A DNA stretch of 64,000 nucleotides from assembly GCA_045565775.1 (NCBI GenBank), contig JBJLES010000008.1, positions 177,408 through 241,407 of the forward strand. Reading direction: 5' to 3'. The position numbers were made by a program, and so were the translations under genes. Below are positions 29,901 through 38,364 of the stretch, piece by piece. The number at the start of each line of letters is the position of its first letter. The stretch's first letter is position 1. The notes beneath the pieces are model-generated. The model was not told the DNA's origin. It searched no databases and saw nothing but the letters and a program-made list of their open reading frames with translations. The DNA is from Pseudohongiellaceae bacterium (GTDB taxonomy: Bacteria > Pseudomonadota > Gammaproteobacteria > Pseudomonadales > Pseudohongiellaceae).

Positions 29901-30644
29901 ATGAAAATGAGCTCAGTGATAGACTTACTGAAGTCGCACCGAAGTATCAGGAAATTTACAGATAAAGCAATTGACCCAGAAATATTGAATGATATTTTTC
30001 TAGCGGGTCAGGCTGCCGCGACATCCAGTTTTTTGCAAGGTTCTACAATAATTAGAGTAACTAACGAAAGAACGAGAGAGACTTTAGCAGAATTAGCAGG
30101 TAATCAACCATATGTTAGAAGCGCTGCCGAATTTATGGTGTTTTGTGCTGATCTTAAAAGGGCCGGAAACTACTGTCGAGAGTACGATAAGCCTTTTGAG
30201 GGTGACTATACAGAGCACTTTATTATTGCGACTGTTGACGTAGCACTGATGGCACAGAGCCTAGTCACGGCGGCGGAATCAGTTGGGTTGGGGATTTGTT
30301 ACATTGGCGGTATCAGAAATAATCCGATTGATGTTTCTAAGTTGCTCAAGCTCCCTATGGGGGTGTATCCGGTTTTTGGTTTATGCTTAGGATATCCAGA
30401 TCAGAATCCAGAAATTAAACCTAGGCTGCCTCTTTCCGTTATTGTGAAAAATGAAGTCTATAACGAGGATAGCGATCAAGAGAAAATTAGAGAATACGAT
30501 GAAACCATAAGAGAGTATTATCGAAATCGAACTGGTGGTGGTCATGGCATAAGTTGGACAGAACAAGTAGCAACGCTACTCTCTGAAAAATCTAGACCAC
30601 ACATGAAACAATTTCTTGAGGCTCAAGGTTTTAAGTTTAAATGA
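29901..30644 (+). CDS. nfsA: Oxygen-insensitive NADPH nitroreductase
   Basis: LLKSHRSIRKFTDKAI at the N-terminus and overall NfsA-like sequence, 247 aa. Confidence 0.82.
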   Translation: MKMSSVIDLLKSHRSIRKFTDKAIDPEILNDIFLAGQAAATSSFLQGSTIIRVTNERTRETLAELAGNQPYVRSAAEFMVFCADLKRAGNYCREYDKPFEGDYTEHFIIATVDVALMAQSLVTAAESVGLGICYIGGIRNNPIDVSKLLKLPMGVYPVFGLCLGYPDQNPEIKPRLPLSVIVKNEVYNEDSDQEKIREYDETIREYYRNRTGGGHGISWTEQVATLLSEKSRPHMKQFLEAQGFKFK

Positions 30645-30646
30645 TA

Positions 30647-31147
30647 TTAGTAGTCCTTAGTCGAGTTCTTAATTGTTTCTCTTCTATAGGCTCCAGTTGC
30701 GGGTAAATCTTCTTTTTTGTTACTAACCTGGGCCGCAATGGTTTCCGAGGGTGGGATCGCATCATCACCAAACGCAAACTTGAATTCTCCATTTACTAAT
30801 CCACGAATATCATCAGTGACCGACCATCTGGCGATAAAATACTCAGATGCGGGTAATTCAAATGGTATCGGTAGGACAAAGTTATTGTTTTTGCGGTTAG
30901 GGTCATATTTAAAAGCAATATCAATCCATTGCTCGTCTGCAGTATATAGCGCGAGTTTGAGTAGTCTGACGTCAACGCGAAAGCTCATGGTTACCATTTT
31001 TGGTGGATCAATCAATACGGCATCGTCTTGCGGAAATGTGACTCCAGGAGTTAGGATGCCGTGAGAATGCTGCGCGAACGAACTTGCAGAGGCAAAGCAA
31101 ATACTAAGAATAAAAGCTAAAAAGAAAAAGTTATTCATGCGATACAA
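30647..31147 (-). CDS. Secreted CopC-like domain protein (non-canonical)
   Basis: A signal peptide followed by QHSHG...PQDDAVLIDPPKMVTMSFRVDVRLLKLAL. This shares the P-x-D/G..L...P..V.L.F...VRLxKL layout with the CopC at 27156-27527 and is clearly homologous to 32088-32684. Confidence 0.5.
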   Translation of the reverse strand: MYRMNNFFFLAFILSICFASASSFAQHSHGILTPGVTFPQDDAVLIDPPKMVTMSFRVDVRLLKLALYTADEQWIDIAFKYDPNRKNNNFVLPIPFELPASEYFIARWSVTDDIRGLVNGEFKFAFGDDAIPPSETIAAQVSNKKEDLPATGAYRRETIKNSTKDY

Positions 31148-31191
31148 AAATCACCGGTTTCTAGAATACTCATAAATATTTTGACGTAATT

Positions 31192-32052
31192 TTAAGAAAA
31201 ATACACCATGCATTGCCGCGATAAGGCGCATAAGCGACCTTCTTCATCGTAAATCTTACCAGATTGTTGAGTATAGCCGTTAGCGGCGGCATCAACTAAG
31301 AATTCTAGATAAAACCAATTTGAAGGAATCTCGTCGGGTGGAATAACAAACTCCAACGACCAAGTCAGTGAGCTGGAAGGCACCGGGGGCTTATCGAAGT
31401 GAGAGAGAATGACTGGGGGAGGGATATCAGAGACTGTAATTAATTTTTCCGCAGGGAATTGATTTAGGTCTGTGTTGTGACGAACCCACATTGCTAGCTC
31501 ACGACTTAATTTCCCAGCAAAAGGCAATCCCTCGTTTACCCATTCTCCGTCGAAGAATTGAAGAAACCCCGGAGTTTGTTTAGCGTGATCTTCGAATTTC
31601 ACACCAGAGCCTCGTGGTGCTAGCTTTAAATTTTCAACTGACCTCACATTAAATGTCTCTCGAGAATGGCCGAAAGCGGCCATGGCTCGCAAACAGACAT
31701 TACCCCCACAAAGAACAGAGGCTTCCAGCTGAGTTACATTTTTCCCTTGCCGAATAATTTCAGCTTCAACTTTCACGATGCCAGGGGGTACTGGAGCGAT
31801 GAACGATACCATTAACGACCGCATGGGCTGATTTGGTGAGACTAATTTCCGCATTGCCGTGACAGCAAATGCGGCCGATATACCGCCGAACGCAGACCGC
31901 CCTTGCGACCAGCTTTCATCGAAAATTGTGGTATTGTTATCGCTCTCTTGTAACGATCTAAGAATTGAATCTAAGTTAGAAGGCTGCATTTTCTGGGTAA
32001 TAAAATACTTATTTGACTGGTCTATTAAATTGCGCAGTGTGCTATGATTCAC
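31192..32052 (-). CDS. Acyl-CoA thioesterase (TesB-like double hotdog)
   Basis: 286 aa. The N-terminal segment SQGRSAFGGISAAFAVTAM and the protein size fit the TesB-like thioesterase family. Confidence 0.7.
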   Translation of the reverse strand: MNHSTLRNLIDQSNKYFITQKMQPSNLDSILRSLQESDNNTTIFDESWSQGRSAFGGISAAFAVTAMRKLVSPNQPMRSLMVSFIAPVPPGIVKVEAEIIRQGKNVTQLEASVLCGGNVCLRAMAAFGHSRETFNVRSVENLKLAPRGSGVKFEDHAKQTPGFLQFFDGEWVNEGLPFAGKLSRELAMWVRHNTDLNQFPAEKLITVSDIPPPVILSHFDKPPVPSSSLTWSLEFVIPPDEIPSNWFYLEFLVDAAANGYTQQSGKIYDEEGRLCALSRQCMVYFS

Positions 32053-32087
32053 AAACTGACACTTTCTAAGTGCATGTCTGTTCTGTA

Positions 32088-32684
32088 ATGAAAACTTACT
32101 CTAGCTACATAAAATTTCTTTTAGCTCTATATGTGCTACTTGGTCTCTCTCTAAGCCAAAAAGTACTTAGTCAGCCTTTTTCGATTCCAAGATTTTTACA
32201 ATCAACGGATGTTACAGGAATCGCGGTTAAAACTAAAACTTCTCCGCCAGATGACTCTGTTCTGGCTGTTGCGCCGAAAGAGATGAATATAGAGTTCCCA
32301 ACTCCTGTGCGATTAGTAAAACTGACACTGCGTAAAGAAGAGCGAGACTGGGTCGATATTAATTTTCGTTATTCGCCCACGAATAGCAAAATTTATGAAT
32401 GGTCTTTGCCAGTTCTGAGCCCTGCTCCTTATTATACAGCAGACTGGGCTATACTTGCGGCGAACGATAGATTAATTCGAGGAAGCTTCAGTTTTTCTTT
32501 CGGGCCCAACGCTCAGCTGCCTTCTTTGGTTAAGGCGGAGGAGGACGAGTTACTTTTACAAAGGTATGGTGATCCCACGATCCGCTATGTGCCGCCGCCT
32601 CGGACTCAAATCATAATCAATCAGGATCCACCACAATTTGATCCGCCTTTTACTATTCAGTTGAATCAACAAGTTGATCAGTAG
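32088..32684 (+). CDS. Secreted CopC-like domain protein (non-canonical, no N-terminal His), with a Pro/Gln-rich tail
   Basis: SPPDDSVLAVAPKEMNIEFPTPVRLVKLTL...W.DINFRY.P is homologous to 30647-31147. The ORF is open from GTG 32070; the start is placed at ATG 32088. Confidence 0.5.
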   Translation: MKTYSSYIKFLLALYVLLGLSLSQKVLSQPFSIPRFLQSTDVTGIAVKTKTSPPDDSVLAVAPKEMNIEFPTPVRLVKLTLRKEERDWVDINFRYSPTNSKIYEWSLPVLSPAPYYTADWAILAANDRLIRGSFSFSFGPNAQLPSLVKAEEDELLLQRYGDPTIRYVPPPRTQIIINQDPPQFDPPFTIQLNQQVDQ

Positions 32685-32687
32685 TGA

Positions 32688-33629
32688 TTACTCTTCGACG
32701 TGCACAGTAATAAAGGCATCATGATAGAGTCCCCCATCATCAGCTCGGCCCCATAGCACATAACTGCCGGGAGACTCAAAGGTTGCTGTAATATTGTACA
32801 CTCCATCTTCAGGAACTGACGGTGGGAGCCATAATTCACCCCACGGAGAGTTTGCAGAAGTTCGCGTGTCTTCCCAAGGTTTTGGTAATGGCGGATCGAA
32901 GGAAACTTCTCCTTCTCCGCGGTATACGTTCCACGATAGGAATAACCCATTAATTTTCCCAACGGTGACTTGTGAGGGTCGTCTCATCATACGGCTATCT
33001 AATTCTTCGGAGGTGCCTGTTCTCTCCCTTCTCGGTTTCGGTAAGCCGTCATCCCAGACGTGAGTCGTTAAGTTAACAGGTTCACCAACACGAGCTACTC
33101 TAACCTGATCTCCCTGTATGGTAACGACAGGTGGTACATTTGCTCGAGACTCGGGGCTGCTTGTTCCTGCGCCGAGCGAACCAGTCTCTGAGGCAATAAC
33201 CATATTATCGACTAGGTAATCTTGCCTGAGAGTGGCAAAGGCTTTGCGTTCGACCCCATTTACGTTCAGCGTCCAAACTAGTTCCCTGTCACCCCAGTCG
33301 GACGGCACATTAACCTCGAACGTGAAACGATTCCGCCGCGGTAGGAAGTGAGTTGGCTGACCTCGATCCGCCTCGCCTGGCGAGAAAAAATTACTTTCCC
33401 CCACGCCTACATCAGGTTCTTCCTCCCAATTTTCGTTCATATAACCGAATATCATGCTAAACGAGCCATCAGGATTAGGTTTCCATCCTTCAAAGGCAGG
33501 TTCGACGTGTTGACCGGATGTGTATGTCTGCGTGTGCGAGGCAGAGGGAGAGAGAGACAGTGCTGATAAGAATAGGAACAGAACTAGACCTTCAGTTCTG
33601 CTCCTTTCTCGAAAGGATAAATACATCAT
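32688..33629 (-). CDS. Hypothetical secreted protein, co-transcribed partner of the cytochrome c / His-rich protein
   Basis: 313 aa with a signal peptide. Lies 9 nt downstream of 33639-35078. No family motif recognised. Confidence 0.5.
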   Translation of the reverse strand: MMYLSFRERSRTEGLVLFLFLSALSLSPSASHTQTYTSGQHVEPAFEGWKPNPDGSFSMIFGYMNENWEEEPDVGVGESNFFSPGEADRGQPTHFLPRRNRFTFEVNVPSDWGDRELVWTLNVNGVERKAFATLRQDYLVDNMVIASETGSLGAGTSSPESRANVPPVVTIQGDQVRVARVGEPVNLTTHVWDDGLPKPRRERTGTSEELDSRMMRRPSQVTVGKINGLFLSWNVYRGEGEVSFDPPLPKPWEDTRTSANSPWGELWLPPSVPEDGVYNITATFESPGSYVLWGRADDGGLYHDAFITVHVEE

Positions 33630-33638
33630 GACCCACCC

Positions 33639-35078
33639 TTAGTCGTTGGCAGCTACCTCATTGCTGTCTTCTTCCTCATCAAGGATCGGAGCAACAAGCG
33701 GGGCGCCACATAGGGGGCATCCAATAACGTGATCGTTGGGCCCGAGGTTGAGCGCGTCTCGCCTTTCTGCCATGGCTTCATGAAATTGCTCGTCTGTCAT
33801 CGTTACCCTGATGCCGAGATCAATAAACATATTGGTAACAGAACGGTTTCCAGAACCCTGCCAGTTCCGAGGGTCTGGGACGTTGGGGTTCGTCTCGGAG
33901 TTATTCATGTATCCAACGATGTGGAGGATTGTGCCTTTGGGAAGAAGAGGTGCAGCATTCTCTGCGTAAGGATAGCCCCTCACCCAGTTATGGTCATAGC
34001 CCACGCAAGAGAGTGTTTCAACCGTATAACCCCAGATAGCCTCAAGACACATCCTCTCACCCGGTGCATGGAGGTGTGGTTCGAAAGTGATTACTTTGGT
34101 GTGTTGATTTAGCACTGTATAGGCGTGCAACTCCTGATTACTCTCGTTACCAGCAATGCTGATGTCTACGCCATTTCCAAGGGCTATAAACGATGCTTGA
34201 TATTTCGGTTGATAGTCTTTTTCGTGAAATCGAAACCCAATTTCTAGGTGCCCTGTTGTGTCTTTCCCGTTAGAGTGTAAGTGAACTGAATCTGACACGA
34301 TCCAGCTATTGGCTTTGAGCAATCGACCTGCGTCTGCGTCAAAAATATCTGCATTTCGACCCACTTCATGCACTGGCCATGGTATGGATAGTCCAGGCAC
34401 ACGCTCTTCATTCTCATCAACTTGAGCTGTGGCCCAAATCATATGATGAAAGATATAACGCCCACCCACTGTTTCACGCCCAGTTCCAGCTTGATTATCT
34501 ACATCGTTTACTTCAACTACCTCTACCGATTTGACGTATCTATCTTCGGTTAGACCAGTAGGAACAGAGTCTACTTCACCCCACCAATCTGCGGTTCCTG
34601 CTAACTTAGTCACATCATTTAGTTTGACTATTAGATCTGGTTCCCCAGCGCCCCATTTCACGCTATCGTCAAAAGCGATAGGGTCGGGCGCGTCTGCTTC
34701 ACTACCTTTTGGTGTTCCACTGCGAGCCCAGTTTGATATGGCCGCGATCTCTGCATCTGACAGCGAGGGATCATCCTTGTATTCTTGGATACCTATATTC
34801 TTTTCCATATACCATGGTGGCATCGCGCCAGCCTTATCTCGCAAACCAGTTTTATACTCAATCAAACCGGCAAATGGGGCCACTTGTTCATAGGTCACTA
34901 GCGGCATGGGTCCTGCTCCGCCTTCACGGTGACAACCTTGGCAGCTCCGCTGAAGGATAGGCTCTATGTCTTTGTGAAAAGTCAGTTCTTCAGATTGAGC
35001 AAAAGCTGACCCGGCTGGCATAAGCGTGAACGCAGCTGTGGCTATACTGAGGATTGATTTGGTGGAAAGGATGCGCAT
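33639..35078 (-). CDS. Secreted mono-haem cytochrome c domain fused to a His-rich beta domain (possible copper monooxygenase-like)
   Basis: A signal peptide followed by FHKDIEPILQRSCQGCH...MPPW...SDAEIAAISNW, which resembles the Planctomycete-type cytochrome c domain. The C-terminal part carries HH (211-212), HxH (266-268), HxH (335-337) and later Met residues. Confidence 0.6.
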   Translation of the reverse strand: MRILSTKSILSIATAAFTLMPAGSAFAQSEELTFHKDIEPILQRSCQGCHREGGAGPMPLVTYEQVAPFAGLIEYKTGLRDKAGAMPPWYMEKNIGIQEYKDDPSLSDAEIAAISNWARSGTPKGSEADAPDPIAFDDSVKWGAGEPDLIVKLNDVTKLAGTADWWGEVDSVPTGLTEDRYVKSVEVVEVNDVDNQAGTGRETVGGRYIFHHMIWATAQVDENEERVPGLSIPWPVHEVGRNADIFDADAGRLLKANSWIVSDSVHLHSNGKDTTGHLEIGFRFHEKDYQPKYQASFIALGNGVDISIAGNESNQELHAYTVLNQHTKVITFEPHLHAPGERMCLEAIWGYTVETLSCVGYDHNWVRGYPYAENAAPLLPKGTILHIVGYMNNSETNPNVPDPRNWQGSGNRSVTNMFIDLGIRVTMTDEQFHEAMAERRDALNLGPNDHVIGCPLCGAPLVAPILDEEEDSNEVAAND

Positions 35079-35285
35079 AGTTACTTCTCCCGATGACCTT
35101 TAGATATTCAGAAATACTGATCCTGTAATTAATTAGCCATAATATACCATTCTTAGATTAAACTTTGAACGATTGTTCGATGAAATTTACGATTAAAAAT
35201 CATGATGTTAAATACTGTTTAGTCAAATGATAAGCATTACTGATTAAAGAGGCAGGCAAAGTGGTGTGTTGGTAGATTTGATGCC

Positions 35286-36086
35286 TTAGGTGCGGTCGCT
35301 ACCTCTTATGAGCGACCAAAGATTGCTACTAGCCAGAATTGCACCGAATATGACGATCAAGCCGAAGGTAAACCATTGAATTGCATAAGATAAATTCTGG
35401 TTAACGTCAGCATAAACTGCGGGCCAATGGCGAACAAGAACTCCTGCTTGGTCTTCCGTGAGGCGAACTTCAAAGGGGAAAACCTCCTCGCCTAAAATGT
35501 TAGCTATGACATCGATCTCTAAAGAACGAAGACGAAGAGGCCACTTATTTGGGTTAATTTCACTCGGGATAACCCTGGCATTGGGAGGAGGCACATATAC
35601 TTGCGCGTTGACCTCGACGGCACCTTCAAATGGCCTAATGGAGGGCTCAGTGTTTGCTGGCAGGATTCCAGAGGTCCAACCTCGATGGACGAGCACAAGC
35701 CCCCCGGTTCCAGCTAGCCTGAAAGGCGTGACGACCCCGTACCCTATTTGACCGTCAAAAAATTCTGCGAGCACCAATATGGTTCTTTCGTTAACATATT
35801 CGCCTTGGAGCTGGACATGCCTATTTTGCATAGCTGGATTTGCTCTATGCAGATGCCCTTGAGGGATATCCTCGATAGGTCCTGCGCTTTGCTCGAGTTC
35901 CAGTTCAAGGGCTTCTTGAGCTTCCACTTTTTCCGCTGCTCGACCAAGTTGCCAAATTCCCAAGTTAAGAAAGGTCAACGCGGTTGCAAGAACACACGCT
36001 GTTATTAGCCAGTTAATTTGAATTTGAAGAGCGCCCATTTGAAATTCGCGTGTAGTCATGCAAAAGCCCTCTGATCCCGTCACCAT
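35286..36086 (-). CDS. SURF1-family protein (cytochrome oxidase biogenesis)
   Basis: An N-terminal helix with LGIWQLGRAAEK, a central LVHRGW, and a C-terminal helix after YAIQWF are all SURF1/Shy1 hallmarks. The start may be 36059 or 36038. Confidence 0.8.
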   Translation of the reverse strand: MVTGSEGFCMTTREFQMGALQIQINWLITACVLATALTFLNLGIWQLGRAAEKVEAQEALELELEQSAGPIEDIPQGHLHRANPAMQNRHVQLQGEYVNERTILVLAEFFDGQIGYGVVTPFRLAGTGGLVLVHRGWTSGILPANTEPSIRPFEGAVEVNAQVYVPPPNARVIPSEINPNKWPLRLRSLEIDVIANILGEEVFPFEVRLTEDQAGVLVRHWPAVYADVNQNLSYAIQWFTFGLIVIFGAILASSNLWSLIRGSDRT

Positions 36087-36195
36087 AACCGATAATTAAA
36101 ACTTATCTACATAAATTAAACGATTCTGATCATCGCCTAGTTCAACCTTGGCAACTGGATTACTAGAAAACAATTTGTGATATCAATCCTGGTCA

Positions 36196-36702
36196 TTAAC
36201 ACAACCAACACCAATGATAAGGGGGTCGAAAATAGGTGATTAGCCGCCCGCAAATGATGACTATCGTCCAGCATATCAAAGACAGTCCAGCGATCAGTTT
36301 TGCTTGCTCAACGACACTGTTTGTTGCGTCGGTAGCTTTAACTTGTTTTGAGTATGTTGTATAGAACCAGAAAACATTTAAACCAGCGACAAACATGAAA
36401 AATAGCTTTGTTTGAAAAGCAGGGTTATAGATATATTGATCAGGAGCTGTGGTTAAAAACATGATTCCGGTCATGAGGTTGAGAAAGTAACCCAAGACTC
36501 CAATCTTTACGAGTTTATGCATGTCTAGATACGCAATCCCTCGCCCAATTCCTAGCATTCGCAGATCAAACACGCCGACTGTGCCTATCAGCATAGCAAG
36601 CCCTAAAAAGTGAATAGACTCCGCGGTTGGCCAACCCCAGGGACTATTCATGAAGGTATAAATGCCGGTAAATTCTGAAAAGTTGGAGAGCAAATCCACC
36701 AT
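36196..36702 (-). CDS. Four-helix membrane protein, type-1 member of the paired module
   Basis: Motifs ESIHFL, DLRMLG, NPAFQTKLFFMFVAGLN and CGRLITY, shared with 404-973 and 58866-59366. Confidence 0.65.
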   Translation of the reverse strand: MVDLLSNFSEFTGIYTFMNSPWGWPTAESIHFLGLAMLIGTVGVFDLRMLGIGRGIAYLDMHKLVKIGVLGYFLNLMTGIMFLTTAPDQYIYNPAFQTKLFFMFVAGLNVFWFYTTYSKQVKATDATNSVVEQAKLIAGLSLICWTIVIICGRLITYFRPPYHWCWLC

Positions 36703-36712
36703 AAACTTGGCC

Positions 36713-37216
36713 TTAAAAAAAACGAGACGCCAGCAGCACGCTGTTGGTGTAGGCCAAAAATCGGCCAGTCGTGATAGTGGTAATCCAACATAGTATAGAA
36801 ACTAGCGCTAACCATCTAATATTTTTAGAAATCGACTGATTACTGCTCCGAGTTCTAATTTGATCATGTAATTTTCGAGCAATCAGCAGCCCAACAGATA
36901 GCGTAATTAACTTCGTATAAAAAACGGGGTTTGTAAGCGCTTTTGCGGGATAAGCTAGTAGCAAGGCAAATCCCGAAACGAATATCAGAAAGACCGCGCC
37001 CCAGTGTATTTGGTAGAAATGCAATAAGGGCCTGAGTGCAAAAGATGGAACAAGGCCAATTAGCCGAAATGCGATGGCTAAATTGATCCCCACAACCAAC
37101 GCCATTGAAAGTGAGTGAAGGGTTAGTGAGCCAAAGAAGGCCACTCCTGATTCACGAAACCAAATACTAAGAGCTGTTTCCTCTAGACGGGCGAGTATTT
37201 CCAATTTTGATCTCAA
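36713..37216 (-). CDS. Four-helix membrane protein, type-2 member of the paired module
   Basis: Motifs LTLHSL, FRLIG, NPVFYTKL and TGRFLAY. Lies 10 nt upstream of the type-1 gene. Confidence 0.65.
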   Translation of the reverse strand: MRSKLEILARLEETALSIWFRESGVAFFGSLTLHSLSMALVVGINLAIAFRLIGLVPSFALRPLLHFYQIHWGAVFLIFVSGFALLLAYPAKALTNPVFYTKLITLSVGLLIARKLHDQIRTRSSNQSISKNIRWLALVSILCWITTITTGRFLAYTNSVLLASRFF

Positions 37217-37449
37217 TATATTCGTGTTAGTGATATTTACTTCGTTCTAACCGGGTGTAAAGTACTTGCTATTCCGTGCCATTACAGGCTATCTAGATAA
37301 AAATACCTACAACTTAATGTTGAAGAATAGGCGATATGTCTGTCAATATAAAAATCTGGTGACTTGAAGGCATTTCGCTGTGTTAGACTCTCTCAGCTGC
37401 AGAACAGCAAGTTGCTCACAGTTAACAAAAACAAAAGACGGAGTAGGGC

Positions 37450-38253
37450 ATGTTATTCATAAAGCAAAGATTTACTAATCTTGTAGCAGGATTTTCATTC
37501 TTAGTGTTTGCCGTAACCGCTCAAGCTCAGGGCGGTGATATACCAAGGACTGCCGACGGTAGGCCTGACTTCAGCGGTATCTGGCAAGCCATAGGTAGTT
37601 CTCATTACAATATTGAGCCACACTCGGCTGACTTTGGCCCGATGTTTGAGTTAGGGGCTATTGGTGCCATACCCGGAGGTTTAGGTATAGTTGAGGGCGG
37701 TGAAATTCCTTATACTGCGGCTGCCAGGCAGCAGCAAATGGATAATAAAGCAAACTGGTTAGAACTTGATCCCGTAGTTAAGTGTTACATGCCAGGGATT
37801 CCGCGCTCTAACTATTTACCTTTTCCTTTTCAAATTATCCAATCTCCAGAGCACATTGTGTTTGCTTACGAATTTGCAAGTGCAAGCCGGATAGTCTACG
37901 TCGATCAACCAGATTTTGAGTTTCCTATATATTCATGGATGGGACATAGCCTGGCTCATTATGAGGGAGATACGTTAGTAATTGACGTAACTGGCCAGGT
38001 TGCAGATACCTGGCTTGACCACGCTGGCAATCATCATACTGAGGAGCTAAGGGTAACAGAACGTTACACCCATATGGGTCCAAATGTAGTCATGTATGAG
38101 GCCACGTTGGAAGATCCTAATGTTTATACCGAACCTTGGAAAGTTTCATTCCCGCTGTATAGACGTTTAGAAGAGAATGTACAACTGCTAGAGTATAAAT
38201 GCGTTGAATTTACCGAAGAGTTGATCTACGGACATCTTCGAAAACAAGATTAG
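37450..38253 (+). CDS. Secreted protein of an uncharacterised 'GIW...EYxCxE' family (paralogue of 57729-58766)
   Basis: A signal peptide (AVTAQA), then DFSGIW, KCYMPG, WMGHSLAHYEGDTLVIDV, YEATLEDPNVYTEPW and LEYKCVEF. Each block has a counterpart in 57729-58766. Confidence 0.6.
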   Translation: MLFIKQRFTNLVAGFSFLVFAVTAQAQGGDIPRTADGRPDFSGIWQAIGSSHYNIEPHSADFGPMFELGAIGAIPGGLGIVEGGEIPYTAAARQQQMDNKANWLELDPVVKCYMPGIPRSNYLPFPFQIIQSPEHIVFAYEFASASRIVYVDQPDFEFPIYSWMGHSLAHYEGDTLVIDVTGQVADTWLDHAGNHHTEELRVTERYTHMGPNVVMYEATLEDPNVYTEPWKVSFPLYRRLEENVQLLEYKCVEFTEELIYGHLRKQD

Positions 38254-38316
38254 TTGTCGCTCCATATATCTTGCTATAAGAGACTTTCTAGCATCTATGA
38301 GTTCAATTAAATTGAT

Positions 38317-38348
38317 AAAAAAAATCCGCTTAACAGCGGATTTTTTTT
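38317..38348. terminator. Bidirectional Rho-independent terminator
   Basis: A8-TCCGCT-TAAC-AGCGGA-T8 lies between the convergent genes 37450-38253 (+) and 38365-39702 (-). Confidence 0.8.
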
Positions 38349-38364
38349 ACTTTGAAAAATGTTA

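Noticed and set aside
33729-34960. Antisense ORFs (127, 120 and 83 aa) within the cytochrome c / His-rich gene
   Set aside because: They are shadow ORFs. The minus-strand frame has a signal peptide, a CxxCH motif and a downstream coupled gene.
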